A stretch of 64,000 nt of DNA from Chrysomallon squamiferum (GCA_012295275.1 CM022679.1:13330001-13394000); one strand, 5' to 3'; numbered from the stretch's first letter, positions 1 to 13,900 are shown. Notes: a model not told the origin generated them from the letters alone. Translations and numbers: made by a program.

Positions 1-205
1 AATAGAAGGTCAACGATCCAGTAACACAAACATGAACGAAGCCCAACAGGATAGGTGTGCATTTAAGGAAATATTTTGGACACCTACCTGTATATAAATT
101 GGTAAAATTGTGATAGGGAAAAATGCAAATGGCATTAGCAAACTGTATATGTTATGCAGATGTACTTTTTGGACAGTCTACAAAAGATGAAAACAAATTT
201 GTATC

Positions 206-255
<50 letters not shown>

Positions 256-729
256 AGCGAGTATATTTATTAGCTTTGCATTAACACATTTATTTTCGCA
301 TATAATAAGGTCTTGATACAAATAGGTCTATTAGCAGAAGTGTGTCAGTATAACACATACGAAATTTGAAAGGCATATTGCATCATGGTAATGATAAAAA
401 AAAAAAAAAAATCGATAATTTTGTAACAGAAGGCACACAATTGATTACTAGTGTTTATAATAGCTTAATAGCGTCAACGAATATCCGGCACGTTGAAGTA
501 ATTATCTTACTTACTTCTGCTTAAAAAGTCAACAGAAAAAATGTACTTTTAGTTTTTTACAATAAGCGTTTAACTTTCATTTTGAGCTTGGTCATTTTAT
601 AATCTATAGCGTACATTGATTTAACTTTAAATAAGACTAAATGTAAGCAAAATATAATTTATTTATAAAAAGGCCTATATGAAAACACGTTCAGAGGTTT
701 TACAGTTATAGACTGGTGCTGTTAAATAT

Positions 730-842
730 AACCAGCCTGCACATTTATTTGATCGAAAGGTGTCCTGCATCTGACCCATTGCTGGCATCGTCTAGGCCAG
801 ATGCTGGGCACCTTTGGTCCAGATACATATGCTAGCTGGGTA
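730..842. mobile_element. Imperfect foldback/palindromic element (MITE-like), arms about 50 bp
   Basis: The left arm aaccagcctgcacatttatttgatcgaaaggtgtcctgcatctgacc aligns with the reverse complement of the right arm (acccagctagcatatgtatctggaccaaaggtgcccagcatctggcc). It is GC-richer than its flanks. Confidence 0.55.
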
Positions 843-2822
843 GTGTTTTTTTTGTGTGTGTGCTTTTTTAATTATTATTATTATTATTTTATTTATTTTT
901 TTTTCAGTAATAAAAATAATAAAGAAAGAAAGACACTATTATAAAATAAAAATTAAAATTAAATTAAATGAAAATGAAAAAATAACTAACAATAATAATT
1001 TTACGTGAACCTGTTTCAGGGCTAAGACCTGAATCAGTACTAGCAATAATAGGCTTAGAGATTTAAGAAGAAATCGTTAAAATAATGATCAATATCCTCA
1101 GCTTAGTGAAAATGAATCTGTCATTATTTTTGTGTGTATGTGACTTTCTAATATACCAAAACGTGATATTTTTCTGTTATCGTATCCATAAAATTAGTCA
1201 CTGATAATCTATCGACTTCACACTTCACAGCTCGCATCGAATCACGTTCAGTCTCTTGCCCTCCACCACATATATCAGCAAAGTAATAACCATGCATGTT
1301 AGCTCCTAATCAGTGGGTCCCTTATATCAAAGTTCTTTAACCCTTAGAAATGTTGCATGACGTAATACGATAAAATTGTTAAAGTATATGTGTTATTTAC
1401 TCGTATTTGTTTCAGTAAATTTACTAAGAGAGTTTATTCAGTCATTCGTTTTATTTTATTTTTTTTATTTTATTTTTTTTTTGTCCTATTTTGTATTTTA
1501 ATAGCCGTATGTTTTATGTTTATGTGTGAGCAATGGAGTTCTTCTTCCGAACACGTTCTTGTAATTTCACGAGCTCTGCGAGCTTCATTTGATATACTTT
1601 ACGTGGGTCTCTCTTAATTTTCTGTTTAGCCGTTGATTTTAATTTTAATTTTCTCTGATAGTAAAGTATCTATATGATTATTTTATATTTTTATTTTTTT
1701 TATTTGTTTTTTTTGTTTTTTTGAAAACTACCTGAATTACATGCAAAAATAATTTCATGAAAGCTCGAGAAGTCCTGAAACTGTGTACCGAAATAAATCA
1801 AAAGTTAAGGCCTATCGTGAAGGATGTATATGCGCAAACTTTAAACTGTGCAACACTTTATATAATAATATATCCGCAAATAGATTAGGTCAGTAATAAC
1901 ATATTATGCTATAATTTTGTTTTTGCGTACGTTCATATTAATCATGGCCAAAATAAGTATAAGAATAAGACTGATGCAATTTAATTTAATTTTATTTTAT
2001 TTTATCTTATTTTATTTTTTTTTTTTTTTTTTTTTTTTTATTTTTTTAACGAAGATTAGATAATGAAATGATGCATGCACTTTACTTCACGTATCGTTTT
2101 ATTTATAATTAATGCTATAGTTCCAAACCTTTTCTCTACCATAGACGCCATTTATTTTATTTTTTGTCGTTGTAATTATATTTTACTGATATTTTTAATT
2201 AACTCACGAATTGTTTTGGGACCGGCTAATTTAGTATTACGACAGAAGGCAAAATTGAGAAAAGAAAGGCTTATGGCTGAATGTGTTTGACGTCATCAAA
2301 TTTGCAGCACGCATTATGAGCATGTGACAGCTGTTAGTGCCAACTATCCAGAGATCAAAGTTTCTCTTGAATAATGTTAATGTTCTTGGATAAAGTTTAA
2401 GATAACTTTTGTGACAATCAGAAGGAAACGTTAATGATCAGTAATATTTTTGATTTTTAGAAAAATGCAAAAGAAATATAAAAATACTTACGTAATTTGT
2501 CACTCCGAAGACAATACAAGTCTTTTTTTGCAGACTTTACTTATGTCAGTTATGGCGAGTTATTTATTTCTTCTTCATTTTTGTCTTCCCCCCTTTTTTT
2601 TTCTTCTTCTTTTTTTTTTTTTTAATTATTAAAGAAGTATTTTTACAAATTTGCTGACTTAGATTTAGAAAGAAAAAGAATTTTATTATTAATTGTTTTT
2701 CTTTAAATTATTTATTTATTGTTTGTTTGTTTGGTTGGTTGGTTGGTTTTGTTGTTTATTTGTACATTGTTGTCTTATTTGGTTTGATGTTTGTATTTGT
2801 TTATAGTGATAACGACTGGAAA

Positions 2823-3556
2823 ATGACTGCAGCTACTCGTGTTGTTTCTGTGAAATGGCTCAGTGAAAATCTGTCGTCTCCAAATGTTCGTGTTGTTGAC
2901 GCTACAGCGTACAATGCATTTATTAAAAGAAATGCAGAAGAAGAATATTCTGCAAAGCATATTCCAGGGGCAGTGTTTTTTGATCAAAATAACTGTTGCG
3001 ATCTAATGACCCCGTATGTACATAAAACGCTACCAACTGCAAAACAGTTTGAAGATTATGTAGGAACACTGGGAATAAATAACAACACACATGTCGTTGT
3101 TTATGACAGAGATGAGAAATACGGGATTTACTCAGCTCCTCGCGTTTGGTGGATGTTTAAAGTTTTTGGTTACACCAACGTATCCATATTAGATGGAGGG
3201 CTTCAGAAATGGTGCGAAGACAAACAAGAAGTTACCAGTCAACCAACTAATGTAAAAGAAGAAAAATTCGTGGCAACTTTCAATTCTTCATTGATTAAAT
3301 ATTTTTTAGAAATTGAAAGTAATATATCAGAGAAAACGTTTCAGCTTGTGGACACAAGACCATCAGGAAGATTCTTCGGCAAAGAACCGGAACACAGCAG
3401 TTGTATGTATTATTACAAAAAGAACAAACGATATCATTTCTTTTTATCCCCTCAACCAAATAAATGTAAAATGTTAAGTAATTATAAATCCAAATATAAA
3501 AGCATACCAATTACGACGATGACGAAAACAAACAAACAACAACAACAACACAACAC

Positions 3557-3588
<32 letters not shown>

Positions 3589-4398
3589 CCTTTCAGTGCT
3601 TCTTAAATTATTTCAGTACATTCAAAATGTCTAAATTTCCTTTTATCTTTGGTACAATTCTTTTTGACCTCCTTGATTCATTTACCCTTTGGTGATCAGC
3701 TTACAAAGCATTGGTCAAACGAAACGTATTAGCATATACAATATTCCAGCTAAAATAACTGAACATTTGTGTGTGTGTGTGTGTGTGGTTAAAGACAAAA
3801 CAGGAGTACGGTGTAATGAAAATGCCATCATAATTACTTTGGTGGTAGCGGCACAATAACGACTGAAAACGCATATAATAAAATATCGAAAGTAAGTAAA
3901 TATAGTTAAGGTGCCATTTTGTGGCCCGTTTTCACAAAATCGTGATGCTGTTTTCGCTAGTTCAGTGGTTATATTTCGTCAGTTTCGTAGTTTCATCCTG
4001 CAACCATATCTGTAATAATATATCACTATGTTTAATAACGCTTATTCAAAATAACAAAACAAATAAACATTATTTTAATTTACTTTATTCTTTTTTTTTT
4101 TTTTTAATATTCCTGTTGTTTCTTTTTTCTTTTCTTTTTTTCTCTTTTTTTTTTCTTTCTATTTTGAAATAGCTATAAAATCTGGCCACATTCCAGGAAG
4201 TATAAATATTCCTTTTTATACCATTATGAATCCAGAAAGTAAAACGATAAAAGATAAAAACGATCTTAAACAATTGTTCACTGAAGCTGGCGTGAAACTC
4301 GACGAGCCTCTTTGCTTAACCTGTGGTTCAGGTGCATGTCATTATTATTTAATAATAAACTTAATAGTAAATTTAATCCATGTGAGCAAGCATTGTTT

Positions 4399-4482
<84 letters not shown>

Positions 4483-4995
4483 GTCTGGTTTATTCTACAT
4501 AAATTATGTTTTATGATCTCAAACGCATAATGTAAAGTGTATATAAAGTATAGTCGAAGTACTCGCTGCTCGGTTCAACTCTTAAGGCCAGCGCCACGAA
4601 GAAGAAACCAATTCTGCAACATGTTCAACTTAAACGTATTCGACTTTTAGATTTTTGCATAGAGTGATGCACCTAATGAGTACAAAACATTTTACAGTTT
4701 GTCCTTAAGTAGAAAGTTACAGATTATATTTATTAATTGTTATTGTTGTTGTTGTTGTTTTTTTGCTATTTCAGGCGTAACGGCCTGCTGTGTGCTGCTT
4801 GCTGCCGAAATCTGTGAAGCTAAAGACCTGTCTCTCTTTAACGGATCCTGGTCGGAATGGTATGTGCGTTCAAAGCCCGAACAAAGAGAAGACTGTCCCG
4901 AAAGTGAACAAACATCGGAATATGTCGATGTCGTTTACCAACTACTTTTTGCAGCTGCCATTCACTTTGCTCTTTGTTATGTAAAATCTGTTTAG
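2823..4995 (+). CDS. MPST: Tandem-domain rhodanese sulfurtransferase, MPST/TST-like paralog 1 (3 coding exons, about 319 aa as assembled)
   Basis: Exons 2823-3402, 4173-4331 and 4775-4995, with GT-AG introns both in phase 1. Motifs: HIPGAVFFD, APRVWWMF, LDGG, GHIPGSINIP, the active-site loop CGSGVT(AC) split over intron 2, and FNGSWSEW. The ATG at 2823 follows an acceptor-like tttatag, so a 5'UTR exon probably lies upstream. Confidence 0.9.
4400..4478. repeat. (CT)n microsatellite in MPST-1 intron 2
   Basis: About 40 perfect CT units, immediately followed by AG. Confidence 0.95.
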
Positions 4996-6557
4996 AATAT
5001 AATTTTTTTTTTTTTTTTTTATTTCTTTTTTTTTTTTTAAACAAGTAGGAGATTAGGTTCAGAAAATATAGTTCACTTTGGGCTAATTCGTACTTTCGCT
5101 GTTTATTTCCAATTATCTATTCAGCGAATCTTGAACGCAGATTCAAACTGTAATATACCAGTCTGTTCGATCAGTTCATATTATAGCTTCTTGTTATTCT
5201 TCGTCAAATTAGTTTTTTAAATATGTTTTCATTCTTTATATTTTTATTTATTTATTTTATTATTATTATTATTATTTATTTTTACTTTTTATTATTTTTT
5301 TTTTTTTTTAAAGACTACGTTCAGTGTGCGAACGCCACTCTTTTTATTTTTATTTATTTAAAAAAAAATGTTATAGACGGCTATGTTAAATTTGTTTATA
5401 AAGTTTATATTTATATTTTATTCAGCTTTAGTTAGATGCAGAAAAATTGTAATTTTATTCCTAAAGAACGTGTATAATTATTATGTCTTAATCGCTGGAC
5501 ATGAGATTGGAATTACCTTATGATTTTTCATCTGTTTAGTTCAGCTCGTTTTGGATTTTTTCTTCCTTTGATAGCTTTCCGTTTTATTTTAAAAACTTTA
5601 TGTTTTATTTTATAAGATTTTATTATTGTTTTTATTATTATCATTATTACTGGGTTTTTGGATTGCTTTTTAAAAATATATTTTTAAAATAAAGTCTGAA
5701 TATACGTATATACAATTTATATATAAATTTATAAAAATAACAGATTTGTTTGCGTTTGCTTTTCTTTAAAAATGAAGAAGAAAGAATTGAAATACCTTAA
5801 AAGATTCTGAAAATCTGCAAGCTGTATCAATTTTATTTAAATCTTTAATAATCACCCTTTCGTACATATTAACAACCACATTTACACTACTAATAAAATA
5901 GAAATATTTGTCTTCAAAAATCAAGAGCGCTTATTTGATCAGTTAGTAGTTCTCAGCGGCCAGTAGTGTAATTTCTAAAATAGAACCTTTATATATCTTT
6001 ACAAAAGAGACAACAGAATAACTGAAGCAGACATGAGAAGAAATGCAAAATACATAAAGTGTGTCCATGTTAACAACAGAAGATAATTAAGTTGAGGTTC
6101 AAGTCAGTGGGGCGCCCTCACAATGGTGCGTGATAACATGTTTTGAGTTAATGATCGGCTGTGACAGAAAGGCACTGCAAACACTTAAACCGTAAAACGA
6201 ATGACTCACAGTACTGCTAAACATACTACAATTCACCCCATTCGATACAGTTTATGTGTATAGTTAATGCATTCTTTTTAACTTTGTATGCGTGTTAACT
6301 GACTTCACATTAATCGGCGATACGTTGGTACCATGTAATGATTTAGAGACTAATTCATCGCTTTTTGTTTTCCTTTTTTTATATATATATTTCATTAATA
6401 AAGAAATAAAACAGTCACTATCTTTACAGATTATTTGTCTACTGTAAGTTAGCGCATTGTTACCACACAGCACGTTACTGTAAGTATATGGACGAAGTCC
6501 ATGGACTATCCAATAAAATAGATACATGGAAAATAAATAATGTTGTTAATGGCTGAA

Positions 6558-6600
<43 letters not shown>

Positions 6601-6611
6601 TATTTTATTAC

Positions 6612-6645
<34 letters not shown>
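6558..6645. repeat. (AAT)n directly followed by (TAT)n, forming an AT-rich inverted repeat
   Basis: The AAT run and the complementary ATT run are separated by only a few bases. Confidence 0.85.
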
Positions 6646-7243
6646 TTTTTTTTGATAGACCTGTAAAATACGAATCCATATTACTGTTATCTGAAAACAT
6701 TGGACCTTTGTTCCTGTACTGTGATTGTTAAGAATATCTAGTTACAAGATAACTGCAACAACACTGTAGTATTAAATCGTTAAATGTTGTATGAATAAAG
6801 TTTAAGAACTATATAACCACAAACCGTGGGAAAAGTTCAACTTGGTATTTCCTGCTTTTGATGCCGCTTAAAATTAGAAATATTAATAAATACCAACACT
6901 CTATGCTTCAGAGGTTTTCTGAACATTTTATAAATGATATAATTATTTAAAAAATAATAATAAAAAAATAATAAAAGGATTTGTTGGGTCGATGTTAGCG
7001 AACAGTCATGCCAGATAGCAGTAATATTATTTGCTAAGCGTGTTACCAATCATGGGGCACGTTGGGATAGGGCACTGTAATATTGGGACGAATTCACCGA
7101 CTCTGTCACGTTTTGCGCATCTCGTTCAACTCGAGAGTGTTTCGTGCGTTGAGGGTTATTTTATAGCAATATTTTGTTTTGTCAGTCGCTATTTTTAAAC
7201 ATTTATAGTCAAACTCAGTTTATTAACCTGTTTAATAACGAAA

Positions 7244-10200
7244 ATGAGTCGCGCATTATCGGTTGTTTCTGTTAAATGGCTGAGTGGCCAGTTATCTTCT
7301 CCAAATATCCGGATTCTTGATGCGTCCTGGCATTTGCCGTCTGCTAAAAGAAACCCGAAGGAAGAATATGCCGCTAAGCATATTCCTGGGTCGCTGTTTT
7401 TTGACGTCGACGAATGCGTTGATAAAAAATCTCCGTACGACCACATGTTACCATCTGCAAAAGAATTCGAGGAATATGTAGGAAAACTGGGAATAAGTAA
7501 TGACACACACGTCATTGTTTATGACACTAACGAGAAATTTGGTATTTTGTCAGCACCACGCGTCTGGTGGACATTTCAGGTTTTTGGTCACAAAAATGTG
7601 TCCGTTCTAGACGGAGGAATACCGAAATGGTGCGAAGAAAAGCAACCAACGACTAGTGAGGTTACAAAAGTTTCTCCGGCAAAATTTACTGCTTCTTTTA
7701 ATGCATCAATGATCAGACAATTTGAAGATATCGAAAAAAACATCACGGAAAAAAAGTTTCAGGTAGTGGATGCAAGACCACCAGGACGATTCTTGGGAAA
7801 AGATCCCGAACCAAGACCAGGTATTATTTCAGTTTCAGTAAAATTGCATTTATCGTATCACAGCAGTGTTATCAGGTTGTAATGTAAAAAAGGCATATAA
7901 AACTAACAGTAACAGACAGTAAATTCCAGTTAGTGCTATCGGAATACTGAAATGGAACAAATCTTATATATAAAAAAAATAATAATAATAAAAAAAATTA
8001 TAGCAATAATGCTGTTTAATTGTTACAATGACATACAAATTAAATATCTTAAAAATGTAAATAAATGATCAGTCCTTCAGAATTTACTGATAGCATATCA
8101 CTGTGTTCATATGTTGTAAATAATGTAGTTAAGTTACATAAAGCCTTACAGTCTGTATACTTGCCATAATTATTTGTTCAAATATATTCCAAGTAAACAA
8201 GCATCTGTTTTATAATTATTTAAAAAGGATGGACATTTTAGAACCTTTTTGAATGGCTGAAACATATGACCAGCAATCATTAATTTCCTCAGATATTAAT
8301 TGACTGTAAATTGTAATGTTAATAATAATATACATAAAATATTAACATGTATTATTATTTACTTTTTACTTCTTCTTTTTTCCCCCTCCTTCTACAGGTA
8401 TTAAACCTGGCCATATTAAAGGTAGTGTGAATATCCCATTTTTTAAAATTATGGATCCAGACAAAAAAGTGATAAAAGATAAAGAAAGCCTTGGAAAGGT
8501 ATTTACTGAAGCAGGAGTAACTCTTCAGAAGCCAGTTGTTGCATCATGTGGCTCAGGTTTGTGCATATATTATTTCATTATTTTCATTGTGTGTCTTATT
8601 TAATTGATATAATATGACAAATTTACTATCATTCTTGATAAAAGATAATATTTTATATAACTAAATTTAATAAAATAAAAAAGTAACTACCCTATATTTT
8701 CCTTTTGGTTTTGGAAATTTTAAATAATAGATGATGATTCCTCTTTTGGTAAATGTCAGTATTTTCTTCTTTCATTTTGTTACTAAAACATACCTTATGA
8801 TGTATCTAATGAAATATAGTGTTTTATACTTACCTGCTAGTATTATTATAATAATAATCCTTGTTGTTAAGAAAATGATTATTATAAAATAATAATAATA
8901 ATAATAGTAATAGTAATTAAAATTCAATAAATAAATAAAAATTGTTTTGTTAATTGTAGTGAACATTCAGAAGATTTTTTCAGCTTGGAAATGTAAAATA
9001 TATTTAAAAAAAAGAAAGAAGAAAAACATTAATAATAATATGTCTTGATAAATAATAATTGCTGTTGAAAAATATCTCCATGGCAGTACAAATTACCACA
9101 ATTACAGGGATTATTGTTATAGTTACCTTATTTAATACAACCATATATGCAAACATAATTCATGAACAAGCTTTCATTTTCAGTTTCTTTCAAAGTATCA
9201 CAATTTAAAAACAAAAATAAAAATTATAATAATGTTATAATAAAATAAATATACTAAATGTATTTGCAAGCACTTCTTTAATGGCTAAATTACAGAATAT
9301 ATAAAAGCTTATCATTTCAACACTGAAGTGTTTTACTAAAGCTAGATTGTGTTAAAGCAGCTAATAAACTTTATGCACAGCTAAATTAGAAATATGTTTT
9401 TGTTAATGAATGTTATTGCATATATGGTAAGCTTACTAGTCTGTGTACAACATGTAAAATACTTATAGTAGGATTTTCAGCTTTATTTCATGATGAACAG
9501 TGTACTATACTCAATCCTGTTCACTTCTTTTATAGTTATTGGTGTCAGCTATTAGCGATGTAAAAGTGCTTCAAGATAATGCCAAATTAAAAAATATAAC
9601 TGTGAGGCTTCAATCTCACAAATGCCATAAAGGATTAAGGTTTGTGATGCAATCGTTTTAGTAAAGAATAAACACTATTCAGGCTGGGAAAATAACTCTT
9701 TGAATATCTGTCTTTTTGTGCTGTGTTCCTGCATGCTTCTTGTAAGGTTACAGTATGGCAAATATGTTGATATATAATTATGTAAATACTTCCTTGCAGT
9801 CACTAGTGAAATCAACTGTATGTAATAAATTTCAACAGTAGTGCTCACAATAGATTATTATTAATATTCTGGAAACAGTTTTCATTTAACTTTCCTGCGA
9901 TTGATAGAAATCTTGAGTGTACATTCATTTTTATTATTTAATATCATATACAATTCACAAACCTATAAAGTCAACAAACGCCATTTCTGTAACCTACAAA
10001 ATCAATAAATGACCTGAGAATGATTACCGTTACTCAAGCTGTTAGACTCTTTAATATAGTGAAATCTTTACCCTGCACCTTTTAATCTTTTCCCTTCTCT
10101 TTTTTTCCTTGTGTTTGGGTTGTTTTCCCAGGGCCTGAAAGTAATGTTTATTCAAAAATCAGCACAAATACTTTAATCAGTAGTTTTAAATGTGACAAGC

Positions 10201-10987
10201 ATGTTTATTTTTTATATATATGAAACCATGCTATATATTCATATTATATTTTGAATCAGTTACTAACAGATATTTCACCTAGTTGTTATGGTAAAAATAA
10301 ATGGCTATTTGTAACATTTAATGATTTGCAGCATTACTCAGCACAGTTTTAACACATCATGATTATTTAATTTATTGCAATTAAATCCTAGCACAGCTTG
10401 TTGAAACACTAATTTTAAAATGAGTGTAATTAACACTAACATGCATTTCTAAACCAACTGTATTTAAATAATTATTATCTTTTATTAATATAATTAACAG
10501 TCTGTTGTTAAACTATTGCTATGACTTTTTTCCAAAAGCCAGACAGCATATCTATGTTTTGTGGGATAACAACAATAGTATCTTTTTAAAATGTTTTCTC
10601 TGGTCTAAAGTCCATGAATCATTGTTTTTGAAAGAATCGAGGATACATTTAGGAAGTGAGTAAGTATTAACCTACTATTGTTACAAGTGGCTCTATCATC
10701 TACACTTTGTCATATAGTTCTTTGCTGCAGGCTTGACATTCTGCCTTTCAGACAGGTTATCTTTAAGGCCATCAAGAAGCCAAAGTTAAAATACTTGTGA
10801 CATGTGATAAGTTGGCTTTGTAACTATGCACAGGTTGTGGATTGTTGTTGCAGGTATGTCAGCATGCTGTCTGGTGTTCGCAGCTCATCTCTATGGAGCT
10901 GATGATATGCCTGTCTACGATGGTGCATGGTGTGAATGGTTTCAGCGTGCCAAGCCTGAGCTGAAAGAAGACTGTCCCAAGGAATAA
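7244..10987 (+). CDS. MPST: 3-mercaptopyruvate sulfurtransferase (MPST/TST-like) paralog 2 (3 coding exons, about 289 aa)
   Basis: Exons 7244-7820, 8398-8556 and 10854-10987, with the same intron positions and phases as paralog 1 and the same 159-nt exon 2. Motifs: LDASW, HIPGSLFFD, SPYDHMLP, DARPPGRFLGKDPEPR, loop CGSGMS(AC), VYDGAWCEW. It ends EDCPKE*. Confidence 0.93.
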
Positions 10988-13900
10988 ATGGCATTAACAT
11001 ATTTAGATTTGTGTTATTATCAACTAACTAGTAATTTCCTTTTATGTTCAAATATTTGAATGTACTTCATAGGAAACATTTAGACTATCAACTATACTTT
11101 TCTTTGTTGTTATCAAACATTTTACTGAGAACACTCAATCTGCTAGCCTCATTTTTCTGTGATATATATCAAGATATTTCTTCCAAGGATTAAGTTAGTT
11201 AACTATATTAACCATCAAATATTTCAATGGTAATAGGGATTCTTTAAAACATATCTTTTTATTTACTGTAGAAAATTAGGTTTTTCTAAAAGCTATCTAT
11301 TTATATATATTAGTATCAGGTATCTTTTATTTTTATTGTTTGCTTCAGTTATAATGTATAAAAATATTTGTTTACATATCAGTGTAAACAACATTATATT
11401 AGTGATGTTTTGTTTAAATGTTTTATTAGTCTTTTTGTTTAAAAAAAATAATTATAATCATAAAACAATAATATAAATGTTTGAACTTTTAAAACACATT
11501 AGAGGTGATTTAATCATAAACAAATTTGATTTCTTGTGCAAAGTTTAATATTTTACAAGCACAAGTTTTAGCATGGTTGACAAACTGAAAATGACTTTTG
11601 AAAAAATGAAAAAAAAACATTATAAAAGCAACAATAATCTCTGAAATTATTATAATTGACCATTAAATAAATTTACCTCTAATTGAACATTAATATTTAA
11701 AATTAAAACCTATTTCAAAACACATTTTTTTTTTATATTTTGAAATTTTAATTTGAAAATTCTATGTGATTTCAGACCTGTAACAAGCACCTAAGATATT
11801 AATGGTGAAGGGGTTAATCTAAAAATATTTTATATACTTTAATACACTTTTTCTTTTATTAACTATATATTATCTTTACAGTGATTTTATATTTTTTCAC
11901 TGCCTTGAGTGGTAATGTAAATGTATTTATACATCCGTGTAAGTTTTATTTTAATGTTAAAATGTTGAACTTTTCTATATTGGTGTAACACAATCTATTT
12001 TATATTACTTATTAAACTTTTATCTTGATCAAATTGTTTTGCTTTAATTTTATTCATTTACGTGTATTTACTAGTGAGTTGTATGCAAGTTTTCAGAATA
12101 GGTCTGACCTTGTGTAAGTTTGGAAAAAAGTAAAAATGTAATGCTGTTAATTTACAAACAAAAAAAAGAATTTTTTTATTATTCTTTTTTAGTTCTGGAA
12201 AAAATGCCAGGTTTAAAACAATAATCAGCAATTAGGACATGAATGTGAAACAGTCCAAAAAAAAAAAATATGACATAAACTTGTAAACAAACTATGAAAA
12301 ACTTCAACGTACAGATTTGAAAAAGTACATTTCCAGTGTAAAAAGAAAATTCTGGATGAACAAATATTGTGGAAAAAAATGTTTTATTGCATTTACCTGA
12401 GCAATTGGTCACAAAATAAAGATCTTGTGCATAATTTTATGTGAAAATAACGTTTATTAGTATAGCAGCCCACTTGATGATGATCAATGTTATTGAACAG
12501 CCTGCTTCTTGAAAAAGCTGGCTGGTGCCTGGTTTGGAGAGAAGGCAGGGTGATCTCTTGCTTATCCCAAACTAATTCTTTGAATAAGCTAATGCTAGGA
12601 TAGGTATTTTTATTTCTCCAAACAAATACTTGATAAAAAATATAATAAAAAAAAAAAGAGAGAGAGAGAATGAAGAAGAAAAAATGTATTAAAAGGTTGA
12701 AATAATTATGAAGAAAATAGATTTAAATCATTTGCTGTGATCCTGAACTAATGATTTAATCACTATGCCATTACTGTTGTTAATTATACATACCTTCCAC
12801 ACTTTTTTGTTGTTTTTGTTGTTGTACATGTTTATGTCTGTGTGTGAACGTGACTTAAAACGTGTGTTGCATTTTCATATTTTTTGGTGCATTAGTGTTC
12901 ACTGGCCCGCGAAGTGAACTGACGCAAAGCAAGCTGAATAATCTGATGAATGCACTTTGTGTTATGCACTATTATTATTATCTTTTTTTTGAAAGTCAAT
13001 TGATTAATATTAAAATATAGAATAGTAAAAGCCTTTTTTAACACTTAAAGTTCAAAAGGTATATGCTTGTGACTGACTGATCACAAAACTGCTAAGTCAT
13101 GCAGTCCTACTATTCGATCTCAGGTAAAGTAACATTGACAGTTCTCAAGTTGCAACCTTTTGAACAGTAATACTTTTTGCCAAGGACACAAAGAATGACA
13201 GACACAATGGATTGCTCTTTCATTTATTTCATTCCAAAAACAAGTTAACCAATAAATCTCATTTTCACAAATTTCCTTCCAAGCAAGGGAAAAATAATTC
13301 CAACCTTCTCAATCTGAAATAACTTGTTAGAACATACATCCAAACATTATGATTTAATGCAAAAGCTTATTTATTCAACATAAAAAAAATTAGCATGGGC
13401 AACACTGCAAAATAAAAATTAAGTATTAATTGAAATTACCAATTCTGTTTTCTAAGATTATACATCTTTGCAAAAAACTGGAAGCACAAATCATCAGGTC
13501 ACAACTTTTAAAATCCACCAGGTTATTTTAATTATGCAGTTTGTAAATTAAAAAACCATGTCCATCTTTAATGGTTTAAACTTGTTTTAAATTTGATGAA
13601 ATATGCAAATCCAACAATTTATTTCTGATCGTAACTGTCCCAATTATTAATTTTCAAGGACATAATAAAAGTAGATTGTTTATAAATATCAAGACCACCA
13701 CCAGCTATGTGTAATTCTTGACTCTGCTTTGATAAATATGACACTTGGAAATCTAGGTTACAACCATTCACATATTTTGGAACTTCTGAGTGTCAATCAC
13801 TCCTTTATATATGATCATACTTTTAATATTCATTTAACTGTTGTAGTTAAACATGTATGTATTACCAAATAAAAATATAGAAATCTTTGGAATTTCCAGA

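Noticed and set aside
2727-2822. Hydrophobic N-terminal extension (signal/TM-like) on MPST copy 1 in the ORF track
   Set aside because: It starts at TTG in a T/G-rich intronic tract ending in a tttatag acceptor. Homology to copy 2 begins at ATG 2823.
3403-3695. Poly-Q/poly-N C-terminus of the 322-aa ORF
   Set aside because: Read-through into intron 1 (CAA/AAT microsatellites) past the GTATGT donor.
10831-10853. Alternative upstream CAG acceptor for MPST-2 exon 3
   Set aside because: It adds 20 nt and shifts the frame; there is no support.
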